In this document: positions 14,345-25,910 of the stretch, one piece after another
How positions within the stretch are numbered: position 1 is the stretch's first letter
Layout: every line of letters begins with the position of its first letter
Assembly: GCA_030141605.1 (NCBI GenBank)
Contig: JAQGDQ010000097.1
Span: 372,001 to 436,000, forward strand
DNA: 64,000 nt
Direction: 5' to 3'
Origin: Tubiluchus corallicola
Lineage: Eukaryota > Animalia > Priapulida
The notes under the pieces: model-generated
The model's input: only the letters and a program-made list of their open reading frames with translations
Told to the model about the DNA's origin: nothing
The model's database searches: none
Translations under genes and position numbers: made by a program

Positions 14345-17300
14345 TCAAGTTTTTGGCATCTTATACACAAGGGGTTGCATTCCTAGTGCTGGTTTTGGAT
14401 GAGCAGACAGATCTTCTATCCAGTTGTCTGTTGTGGTGTCATAGCAAAGGACGTCTCCTAAACTTGTCTGAACGCTTTTCTCATCTGTTCCCCCAAATAT
14501 TAGTAAGCGTGAATCTGCAAAAAAATTTAAGCAGTCAACTTGCAGCATGGTTATGGAGATCCATAATTCCTGGAATCTGAACGGTCTGAACTACACTCAA
14601 ATAGCTTCCATCAGGTCTTAAGCCAAAAAGTAGCCTAAAACTACATAAATGTGATACTATTAGCTCAGAACAAAATCATACAAGTAAGAGAATTCGCCTT
14701 CTACTTTACTGCCGTCGTCAGTCACTACCATCATGATCATATGCATCATAATCATCATTTTCATCATCAACATCGTCATCATTATGACAGAACATAGCCT
14801 TATCAGGGACATAAGACATGCAAACAGCAACAAAAGCAGGCAAAACAAAAAAAAAGAAACTAAGCAAGCAAAACAAACAAACAAAGAAACGATTGACGGG
14901 CTGACTAGTTAGTCAGTCAATCCGCCGATTGATCAGTCATCAGTGATTAATTGATTAATAAGTTAGTCAAGAAAACAACAAACAAGAAAGGCAAGTACAA
15001 ACAAGCAAACAAGCAAAAACTAATCTTTTAATGAAACTGCAATAGTATACCAGCAGTACCTGCACATGCAATGACACAACGCCGCCTCTCGGATTTCATG
15101 CGAGTAACTTCAGTCCAAGTTTCTGACTTAATGTCATACACTTCAATTGTGGAAAGATGTTCTACGTGCTTTTCAGGCTCAAGAGATCGTGAGAAGCCAC
15201 CAGTCATGAACAACCTGCCATCAACAGCATTCAAACACAAGCCCGCCCTGCCATCCACCAATGGCTTCTTTTTGATCCACCTGAAAAATCATGAAAAGTT
15301 GTACTTATCCCAAATCATGAATGCCATTAAAGAATAGGTAGAAGACAGACAGATTTACAGCTCCTACTTGTTTATAACAGGATCATATGCCTCCACATCA
15401 GCGGACAGTGGGAGACTTCCAGATGGTCCTTCTTCTATACCTCCAACTACAAAAATCTGGTTATTATAAACGGCAGCCCCAAAAAGTCTGCGAGCTTGGT
15501 TCAATGGAGCCACTATTGTCCACTTGTTAGTAGCTGGGTTGAAAACTTCCACACTCTTAAGGACCCTGAAAGCAGAGGTAGAATTTGTTTCATTTAAAGA
15601 TGACTAATGCACAAGTTTACCTGTCGCGGTGACTTGCATATTATATTAAATGCATAGGCCTAATTTTTTGTTACTGATATAAATCTCAGGTTAAGTCAGG
15701 ACTGGATTACCCTTCTTAGTATAGGCTAGTATAGGCAAGGGCCCTCAAGCTTGAGGGACCCTTCTATAAGTTTTTCAAATATTTTTTGGAAAATAAATAT
15801 TATAGATATTATAATATTTCGCATTGCTGAATAATTCATTTACTTAAAATAAAATTTTAACTTTAAAAAAGTAGGCAAGAGAGCCTGAAAACCCAATTTT
15901 AAAAAGTGGCACTTGTTTGTGGCTCCTTATTAAAAAGAACCACTTTTGATGGGCACCTATAATTAAATTTTCATTAGCCTAGAAACTTCAAAACGTCAGA
16001 ATCCGACCCTGGGTCAAGTGCAAAAATAATGCGTACTAAAATCAAAATCATTTCATAATAAAATAGGCTACAGCTACTACTGCCAACCCAACTACGACCA
16101 TCATTTTAGCTTTAGAGAAACTTACTTCTTTTTCCCGTCCTGTCCTCCAATAGCATATATTACACCATTAAGTGCGACGCATGCGTGGTACATCCTTGGC
16201 GTCATCATCTTCGGAAGTTTGACCCAGATTTTCTTGTTTAAGTCGTATCTGTATGAGTTTTTGATTAGATTTGCTTCTGCTTTTTGGATGCCTTTTGCTC
16301 CTCCTGAAACACAGTGAAATTTCAGAAAATAGCGAGTTTTACAGTAAAATGCTACTATAAGAACTTGTAGGAACACCATTACCTTAGTATTTCAGCTAAA
16401 TTAAAAATTATATTTCAATTACGTAGTAAAAAGAAACATAAAAAGTCCGTTCACTACTTTACTCGGACGCAAAGGTCTCATGCAGTTCTTAAGCTCGCGC
16501 TACTGTTAACTGTTGATTCTGCTCTACAAGCAGTATCAGTGAGTCACTACACTTGGTTGTATAGAACTCACCAACCCAACTCTAAACTTTTTGGTTGCTC
16601 CCTTTCCCTTTTTTCACAAAAATTCTTTCTACCACTTATAGAAAGTTACGTCTTCTATAGGTTTCTTCAAGTGTTCAAGGAATTTTGACTGCCTATAAGA
16701 TTTGGTCTCCTTTTCGGGAAAAACCCTGGGCATTGCTAAATGTACGGTAAATGTCTTAGCTACTACAATAACTTTAGAAACATCACAATTAATTTGCCAT
16801 ACACATCACGATGCTAGCCAAACTTGTTGTATTATGTCCTGTTTACAGTCACGAATGTCTTGGTACTATAACAATTATTAGTACAACAAAACTTGTAAAC
16901 TTGGGTACTAATTATGATAAAAACGTAATCAAAGCTGCTACCCCGACACTTGAACTACGTGGTTAAATACGTACACCTGATAACCAACAGCAATAAACAA
17001 CGTTTCGAAGCTTCTACAATGCTACAAGAGCGGCACGCTGCTCACCTATGACGTAGATGGAAGAGCTGAGCAAGACAGCGGCATGATGAAGCACTCCTTC
17101 TGGTATATCCTTTTCACGATTCCACTCATTTGCTTCCGTGTCGTAGGACCAAAACTGTCTACCTGCATCTCTACAAAATAAAAATTTTCTGATTTAGAAA
17201 AGTTGCAACAGGGTAATGCAAATAGGCAGAACACTGATGCCAATAACTCGTGCCATTCACGGGTTATTTAATAACAGCACTCGTACTTTTGCCACTTCTG

Positions 17301-20300
17301 ACAGTTTTTCTGGCAGTTTGATCGGTTAAATTAGAGAGACCCCTGTAAGAGTACATGGTTGCCCCAGTGAGATAGACAGACGCGGAGACCTACATTAACA
17401 CAGATTGTTAATCTCTTAAAATTATATTAAGCCTGTGAGAAACGCGACTACTATCATAAAAAGTACATCATAAATGTGTATTTGATATAAGATCCAATGT
17501 TAACACAATCGTCATATCATACTTACATTAAAGCATGTGTTATTGATTATTTTTGTTATCAGAATCTGGTACTCTACTAAATAAGTCACGATTAGTTCGT
17601 CTTACTTGTGTCTATCAATCGCCTGGATATCTTAAATCTGATAAAAACCAGGCTCCGAGCTTGAAGTGCCCTACCTACATGCCAAATATCAGCTTCTTAG
17701 ACTGCTCCAAAGCTGAGAAAAAGTGGGCGACACACAGACTGACAGACAGACAGACAGACAGATAGACAGACAGACAGACAGACAGAATCGATACTTCTAT
17801 CTTGCCCACTTCGTTGGGGCAACTATAAAAACAGCTTTAAGAATATTGGTGTGTGATTTTTACACGTCATTTGTGAAAAGACGTGTCGTTTTCTCACAAT
17901 TGGATTGGATGTAACAAGAAACCCTTTAATTCCACCTTCATTTTCTCGACTCCCCTTTTGAAAAATCACGCGTGTTTTCAATGACAATGACGCATACCTT
18001 TGTTGCTAATACGCACGTAGTTTTCGCAATTTGATTAGACAAAATGAACGCATATTTTTTTACTAATAATACGCATTAGTTATTATTACATTACTCCAAA
18101 TAGTTTTATGGATTTCAACCCATTAGTGGGCATTTAATTTGAGATCAATTTAATTGAATTCAATTCAACTTTATTTCAGCATTATAAATTGCCATATAAT
18201 TCACGAAAAAGATAAGTTACTACACATACATAAACACACAAAATAATAACTCTACTAATCACATGCAACAATAATGGGAAATAATATTTTAAGTAGCATA
18301 TGGAAATTGATGATCTTAATCAAACTGATTTTCATGTTAAAAATTTCAGTAAGTAGAGAAAGGCACGAAGCTCATTTAACTGAGTATTAATTTTTTTTCA
18401 AAAATCATTAGTAAGGACTGCGAGTATTGTGAAAGAACAGTTACTTGCTGACCACACAATTTCACGTTTGCATGACAGTGCCTAGAACAGGGTGTGACTC
18501 CTGTTTGTTCAGGAAAGACGCAGATAGTTAAACAACTATTGTCTAATCATATAAAGGATTACCAGAGCTCGATCACGTGAAGTATAAAACTTGATTTTTA
18601 GATAACAAAAGAACTTGATAACAGTCGAACCACTTACTTTAGAATGTGGGCACCCAATAGATCTTTCCCTGAGTGGAAAGAAAAAAATGAATAAGTCACA
18701 GAAAATAGCTACTTACTTTGTTTGGGAGTCTTCTGGATCGGCACCTCCAAGTAAAGCTACTGCGATACTCGTGTGACCATTTACAAGGTGAATGCCCTTT
18801 TTTACAAGCGATTTACGGGAATTGCTGCTGTTGTTACGGATTTTGTCACTTTTTCTCTTTTCCATTATGCTCTCTTTGCTTTGTTGACGTTCCCCTTCAC
18901 TGTTGGTAACGTCAACAAGCATCTGAGCTATGTCTTCGTTACTAATTTCATTTTTGCGTTGTTCGATTTCAGAAACTTCATTTCTCACTTTTTCAAACTG
19001 ATCAAAGTCGCTTTTTGGTTTTTCCAAAATATCACCCGCACTTTTTGGTTTTTGTAAAATATCACCCACACTTTTTGGTTTTTCAGTTTTAATGTCACCA
19101 CATTCAGTTTGTGAAGCTGCGTCTACCAGTACTGATGTCCGGGAAGATGTCGTCGTGTCAGACTTCTTTCTTCCTACCAGTGAAAGCTTTCTTAATAAAT
19201 TGCTGCTCCGTTTTCTTTCAAAGTTTGTTTCGGATTTTGGCGTTCCATTTTTCTTTTTACTAGAACTAGATGAGTCTTGTTGGTGATTAGCTTTATTTGC
19301 ACTGCCACTACTTCCGGACCTAAATTCCAGTTCAGCATTTTCTTCTGGTTGTCCTTTCATTCCATGTACTTGGTCTTTCGTTTCTCGGTAATTGACGTCT
19401 TTACTACCAGCGATTTGTACAGGTATCATTTCATATTTTGTTGGTCTTTGGTCGCCATGCGTTTCAAGACTTCTTCGATGATCACCTTGGTTAAATTCTA
19501 TATTATGTTCACCACTTAGGTCTCCTTCTTTAGGCTTCTGCATCTTTTCCTTGCTACTTCTTTTTCGTTCAATATTAGATGTGTCCTGATAGCCCGAACT
19601 GCTGACTTCACTTTCTGTTGGACTAAGTGTCTTGTAATGTTTTCTGGAGCTTCTGCTTTTCTGTCTATCCAATTCCTCTTCCATTTCTATTTCAGAACTT
19701 TTTCGAGATTTTTTTCCATTTTTATAATGATAATGATGATGAGATTTTTTTCGGCCATTTTTTTCTGTCGCAGTGCTCCGTTTGTTGCGTTTCCTTGTCC
19801 TCATATTTTCTTCATTCTCATCATCGCTTCTTACTCTTGCAACACGAAGTTTAGAAACTTTTTCAGATCCAACATCCTTTTCGTCTTCTATGGATTCTAC
19901 CGGCGAAGTGTCCTCGTACTGAGCCACATGGCGGCTCTTGCTTTGGATACTTTGCGCAGATGTTAAAGACCTTCGACTAGATGGTTTGCGAACAATTACT
20001 TTACTGGAATGTTTTTGTTTATTAAAATCAAATGAAACGTCACTGCTTGCTTCTGAAGGGCCGTCCGAAACAGATGATAATGACTGCTCCGTTCGGATCA
20101 CTTTTTTGGCCTTGGTTGGCTTGGCTGGAATCGTCGCTTGTTGTACACCCTCAACCGCTATTTTCGATATGTGACGCTAAAGTTATAAATTGCACTTGTA
20201 GAATTTTGTAACAAAATGTTATAGCAAAAAAACAATTTAAAGTTTTATTGCTAAGTTATATAAAAAGTTTTCTTTTGCAGTATATACATAAAATAAAATG

Positions 20301-23300
20301 TGTGTAAAATGAATCATTTTCATATTGCTGCTAAGTTATATAACGCGATTTTTCTTTATACTATATAAATAAAATGTATTTACCCCATTTTGTCTTAGTT
20401 GTTAGTTACAATTACTGCATTTTAACACTAAAGAATAAAGCAGCAATAAACAATGGGTAGCTATTATATGTAATAATGATTATAATACATAATATTGCTT
20501 GCAACGTAAAGATTCATTAATGAAAAAGAAGAAGCAATTCATGTGACGGCTCTGGCTTCTAACTGAATGAAATGCATTGTCAAAAAGGTAACAAATAGCT
20601 GTTCAAATACTAAAGCCACACGCGATATCTACTATTGCCACATAATATTTACCTCTTGCCGCGGTTTTAGTCTTTCTCCAGGAAGAGCAGGCAAAAATGC
20701 AGCTTTGGTTGGTTCATTTGCCAACTGACAAGTTTTGTACCTGATAAATCAACATTTACTACATCAAAAATTTGCAACAAAATCGGGTAGCTTTGAATTC
20801 AGATGAATAAATGCAAATTCAAAATGTAGTTTAAAAAGTAATTTAAAAGTAATATTCCGTACCAGTTAGCTCCAAAAATTATATTACGCAAGCGGGGATT
20901 CTCCATCAAAATTGGTGCCCTAGCTAAACTTTCCATCAAATCTTCAGTTTTCATTAAGTGGAACCTGACATTTTGCAGTACAGTCGCGGCAAAGTGCCTG
21001 CGCGATTCTGAATCATAGTCTAACCATCTCAGAGCAGCATCAAAAACTTCGAGTTCTGTGCTGACTTGAATGCCATCGTCAGAAAGGATCTCGCACAGAA
21101 TGGGTTGAGACAGACAAAGAAAATCAATGCCGTTTGATAACGTTTTAAATTCCTTGCCGATAAATCTGCGGATTTTGGCTGTAAGTTCTTCAAGTCCCAC
21201 TGATCGTGCTTTTTCATAGGACCTGAGAACGGAGTTCTCTGTCAGTACTGACTTGATGTACTGGTCGCAATATTTGACTATTTCTCTGTTGTGCAGGAAG
21301 TTGGCAGCTAGCCTCAGGTCACAAACGTTGTCTTTTGTGATTTTTACACGAACGCCATAATAACATCTGAGAAGAATACGGAAGGATTCTGGCGTGACGT
21401 CATCCAGCCTTAATTCCGGCATCTCCTGTTTCACGTCATACACCAGTAAGTCCCTGAAATATTTGCTATGTCGACAGAGAACAAAACTGTGAGTCTTGAA
21501 AATAACATCCTGCACAACTACAATTACATCTGGCATGTATCCTTCTTTGAAAACAATTGGTGGGTTTTCAGCTGCATCGGTGGTGCCAACACATTCGCAT
21601 GATTCTTGCATTTGTACGTCGTCAGGAACTAGAATTTTAAATGCAAAAACGAAAGTTAACGTTAATATCTTGTGTTTTAACTATCGTATTTTGTGTTTTT
21701 GCAATTAGGTATAACTGTATATGGGGAGGTCCGAGGTGAGTACGAGAGTGATTATTGTACTCATCTAATGAACCAAATTAAGTAACGACGGGCTGGTTAG
21801 TAAAGAGATGAATGGTTCAATTCGCTCTAATTGGTTCTCAGTTACTGTTATTCTGCACTTTTTTGTGACTGTGTTCAGTGCGTTTTCTGATGTGTTAATA
21901 ATATAAAGACAAAAAATTGTATTTAGTCATTAAATTTTTGTGTTTGTTTTTTGTAACCTAAAGATAAAGAAGAATGGTGATCTGGAATGTTGCGTTTTTT
22001 CTTTTTCTTTTTCTGTAACTGATATTCAGTCACATCATCATCATCATCATCGTCGTCGTCGTCACCATCGTCATCATCATCGTCACCGTCGTTATCGTCG
22101 TTCTCGCCATCATCATCATCATCATCACTATCATTGTCATTATTATAAATTATTTTGTCGGTCGCCGTCGCTATGCAGTTATAATCAATTCATGGCTTTA
22201 ACTAGGACTAACTTTGTTTCACTTTGTCCTGAAATGCATCTTCTTCATTGTAAAGACACTTGGCAGGGGCGTTAGGCCGTGGTTCTTGAACTTGTACTTG
22301 AACTGGTGCCATTTTATGCATCTGATTCATCTGGCGGGTAGTTTTGGGTGGACTACGACAGCAACCGAGTGGTCCAGCTGGTAGCCTCCCGTACTGAAGG
22401 GTGGCATCTACGTGTGACCCCTGACCCTGCACTTTCCTCCCACGAATGCAACAGTTTACCTGCCCGAAAAAGCGAAACATACAGCATGCTTTCTAATAAT
22501 GTTACAAATGTCAACTAAAGTGGCGCATACGTGGCATCCGGAATTATAAAAATTGGCTTATATTGTTTTCAATCCTGCGTTATGTATTATTTTTTCTGCA
22601 CTTATTTCCAATTGATTTTTTATTTCGCACAGCTATTCCGCAGGTAGATACGTATTCAGGATGCTACATAAACGCCACTTAAGACCATTATATTGTTTTG
22701 CTAATAAACTAGACATTTATAATAAATTTATCATAAAAAACAACTGAAATGCTATATTTTAGGTTTTAAGTACAATATGAGGTAAAATCTTCTCTTTTCT
22801 CTCTATGCAGTTATTAAATTTATGAACCCTGAGACATGTATTGCATCTGCTTTTTCTGGTGGGTAAATGTCTGAATCCGTACAGTGCAGCTCAAAATAAT
22901 AAAATGGATAAAATGAACCAAACTTACGAGCAATGCTTGGCAATAAGTTATATTGATAGGCAGCCATTATTGGATAAAGGCTCGACCAAAATCGCAGCCG
23001 ATTGGATGTTGTTCTTTTTAAAGGATGACCTTTTTGAAAAAAGCAAAGGATTATCATAAAACTTTGCATTATTATACTAGTGTGAATGCTAAATCGATTA
23101 ACAGTCGAGTTTCCGGTCAGCCATTTAGAATTCAAGACGGCTCACTAACATACGAAAAAGCCCAAGGCTTCGTGAATTTGCAACACATCATCATGAAACT
23201 TTACAGGACAGTACCAGAATTAATTCCACATCGAATTGATAGAATGCGATTTTTTTATTCGCCATTTCGAATTCCAGACAGCAGCGGCTCACACTATTTT

Positions 23301-25910
23301 TGAAAAAAAAAACGACAGGCTCCAACAGTTAGCATCGACCCGTCCTTAAAACCTTATTAGGGATACATTAGAACGAATTCTGCATCAAATAACAGAAACG
23401 GGTTTTTTAATTGACCACATTGGATGCAAGATGGCAGCACTCATATCATTTTTTAATAAAGTCTAGCGCTACATGGATCCACATTATAAAAACCTGTCTA
23501 GGAGTAGGCGTATATTATCGTCGTGAAACTTAGTCATGGGCCCAAGGACAAACAGAAGCTGTTCGAATAGACCGGTTTGTAGATAAACATTTGATCGTCC
23601 GATATAATTGTACAGTAAATTATTAGCATCTCACCTTAGAACTATAGCATGTTCAGAACTTTTGAGCTCAAAGTGCAAAGGATACGATTAATAACTGCAA
23701 TACGAACAGTAATTGAGTGTTAAAGACCAGGGAATAACAGCTTAAGAATATTGAAAGTATAAAATAGTGTAAAGTCGCCCAACAAGGGCAACGTCCGACA
23801 TGTCGTCGTCAAGTGATGGTGCAGGTGTGACGGCAGCGACACTGACGACAGCACTGACAACTTTAACAAACACGTTGAATGAGCATTTGGACAAGAATGT
23901 AGACAACATTCGTCAACTGGGCAAGATCTTCCGGGAACAGCCTGAAGTTAACCCTCCATTCTTTTATGAATTGTTGTCAAGCCTAAGGTACCCTGTAATT
24001 TACATGTTTGTCGACTTATTTAAAAGCCTGGGCGTTCTTGCATTCACAGAGCTGGAGGATCTATGGAAACCATTCTACAGTATGTCTGTTGTTAGGGAAG
24101 CAGTTGACGAATTCGTCGACGTTCAGGATCGCTTTCATGAAATTTTCCGAGATTTTTCCATTCCCTTACCAAAAGATCAGTCAAAACTTGGTGAAGATGG
24201 ACCAATTGATATACCGCTAGTGAACGCAAGAACGGGTGAAGTGTCGATGATAAGAGATTACGTTGGAGAGTGCAATTTGCTTGTAATATTGCTAAGACAT
24301 TATATGTGAAATCCATGACGGAAGCATGTTGCAGCCGTCACCGACAACATGGACAAATTTGAGACTAAAAACACGAAAGTTATCCTTGTACGGCACGAAA
24401 ACGTCGAACTTTCCCGCAAGTTTTTGGAGCAGGAGAAATGCACACTTGATTTACTGGTAGACACCAAGAAAGAAGTTTATCACTTTTTCGGAATGGGCCG
24501 CTCCATGAACCATGCTTTAGGAAATTTGAAATCCTTGGAATTTTACATAAAAGGCATTGTTAAAACAGGCAAGTATCCAGGACTGACTGACTTGGAATCG
24601 GAGGTACCTGAAGACGTCGATCTTTTCCAGATGGCTGGCGATTTTTTGCTAAACAATAAAGGAAAATTGGTGTGGTTGTACAGAGCAGCTGGCGCTACAT
24701 TGCGGCCTACTGTAGAAGAAATTTTACAAGCTCTTCCTGTTAATGCAAAATAAAGACGGCACCAAAGTCTTAGCTTTCAGCTCATTTTAGCGTTGTGATT
24801 TGAATAATTTATGAATGCGATTGGTAAAACGGCTTCGAAGCCTCTCGCAGGAAATATATTTGTTCGTGTCACATAGCTTTTTGTTTACAAAATTTTGGAA
24901 ATTTATTATTTTGGAATCTAGGAAAGTATTTCACATTTTGCTACAGAATAGTATATTAAAATAGATAAGTCTTATAGTTCAATAATAATTTAACAGATGA
25001 CGATAACAGTACTTGTAATATATAGTAAATATACGATATAATTATTACGCTGTAATATCTGTTGACAGCAACAGAAAGCATTATGAAGAAAAAATAATAG
25101 GGGTAACCTTCAATTGTCATTTTTGTTAATTAATGTATATACCGATAAATGTGGTAGCTCATTTAATTCCTGTTTAAGAAGATCACGTGATTAAAAAGTT
25201 TTTGAATAATGTTTTTGGTCAAGCGAATTCTTTTTGCTATAACATCTTTACCTAATACATTTTGAGCGCTGGCTGTAGAAACCTGTTTCAATTATGAACA
25301 CAGAACTATCTTTACTATTATTTGTCTCAAGCAAGTTGTCAAGTGTTGTTAAGATCGAAAGTAAAGAGGACTTTTGTGTTTCAATAGTCCTCAGCTTCCT
25401 CGTGAGCTCTAACAAAGGAACTTTGTAGTGTTTCTTACAATAAGTGCGCTAGCTCATTGTAAGATCACAACAGATTCAAGCAGCGTTTACCTGGCATCCG
25501 TTATGCGTTATCCACCTGCGGAATAGCTGCGTATAAAAAAAATCTACAAAAATAGCTGCAGAAAAGAATAACACATACGCAAGTCTTTTAAAATGGTGCG
25601 TTGAAAACAATGAAAACCAATTTTATCTATTCTGCATCCGCATAACGCATACGTATTCCGAATGCCAGATAAACGCCACTTTAATCCTCAATTGAAAGCG
25701 AAATGCTTGAGACTTATTTTAAAAAATGTTGCAAAGCATCACGTTACGGTAGGCGTGACAGAACCAGGCCATGGTTCACTTTACTGATTGAATCAGGCTT
25801 ACCATATCCTTTGAAGTAGTTTCGCCTTTCGGCACATCGATGAACCGAACAAAAGGGGCCCGCTCCACAGTCTCTACTGCACCAGGATTTGTCATAGCAG
25901 AACTACCCAT
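14345..25910 (-). CDS. BTB-BACK-Kelch protein (KLHL/scruin-like), about 1186 aa, 10 coding exons
   Basis: Exons 25910-25803, 22459-22213, 21628-20863, 20740-20653, 20176-18717, 17170-17046, 16303-16126, 15565-15368, 15280-15060 (or 15051), 14514-14345; phases join (3561 nt). BTB (PDVIVVVQDVIFKTHSFVLCRHSKYF), BACK (ELEVFDAALRWLDYD...VRFHLM) and six kelch repeats (LLGG, VIGG, AIGG, VVGG, MTGG, IFGG with Y/F-D...W). The first exon is the least certain. Confidence 0.88.
15697..16011. mobile_element. hAT-type MITE
   Basis: Imperfect TIRs CAGGACTGGATT / AATCCGACCCTG; 8-bp target duplication GGTTAAGT (15689-96) versus GGTCAAGT (16012-19). Confidence 0.7.
17600..17827 (+). mobile_element. Helitron/Helentron-like non-autonomous element (3' part) with (GACA)n tract
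   Basis: (GACA)n at about 17735-17786, followed by a terminal hairpin TTGCCCACTTCGTTGGGGCAA (17802-17822), the layout of DINE/HINE-like elements. The 5' boundary is unresolved. Confidence 0.5.
22031..22141. repeat. (CAT/CGT)n trinucleotide microsatellite in a Kelch intron
   Basis: Visible run of catcat/cgtcgt units. Confidence 0.9.
22519..22679. mobile_element. PIF/Harbinger (Tourist-like) MITE, copy A
   Basis: Ends AGTGGCG...TGGCATCCG and GGATGCTA...CGCCACT; TAA on both flanks (22516-18, 22680-82). Confidence 0.7.
23758..23764 (+). promoter_or_regulatory. Candidate TATA box for the selenoprotein L gene
   Basis: TATAAAA starts 42 nt upstream of the ATG at 23800. The AT-rich background makes a chance match possible. 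Confidence 0.35.
23800..24753 (+). CDS. SELENOL: Selenoprotein L (thioredoxin/peroxiredoxin-like fold, UxxU motif), intronless, 317 aa with two Sec
   Basis: One frame from ATG 23800 to TAA 24751-53, with TGA at 24307-09 and 24316-18: LLVILLRHYM-U-NP-U-RKHV. N-terminal ELEDLW...VREAVDEF...LVNARTGEVS and C-terminal LLVDTKKEVYHFFGM, FQMAGDFLLN, RPTVEEIL match the SelL/AhpC-TSA_2 pattern as recalled. A SECIS follows the stop. Confidence 0.92.
24790..24877 (+). promoter_or_regulatory. SECIS element (eukaryotic selenocysteine insertion sequence)
   Basis: ATGA at 24811-14, 11 nt, AAAA at 24826-29, GA at 24851-52. Helix II has TGCGA/TCGCA plus GG/CC; helix I has TGAATAA/TTGTTCG and TGTGA/TCACA. Confidence 0.88.
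25479..25680. mobile_element. PIF/Harbinger (Tourist-like) MITE, copy B, inverted relative to copy A
   Basis: Ends AGCAGCGTTTACCTGGCATCCG and CCGAATGCCAGATAAACGCCACT; flanks TCA/TTA. Internal TATCCACCTGCGGAATAGCTG (25509-29) is the reverse complement (20/21) of 22630-22650. Confidence 0.7.

Noticed and set aside
21940-22275. Poly-His/Arg ORF
   Set aside because: Translation of a (CAT/CGT)n microsatellite inside a Kelch intron.
23800-24753. Reading this locus as a pseudogene or as two separate small genes
   Set aside because: Both stops are TGA, fall exactly on the redox-motif positions, no other disablement exists, and a SECIS follows.
24995-25040. Second SECIS at the ATGA near 24997
   Set aside because: No AA at the expected 11-12 nt spacing and no pairing helix.
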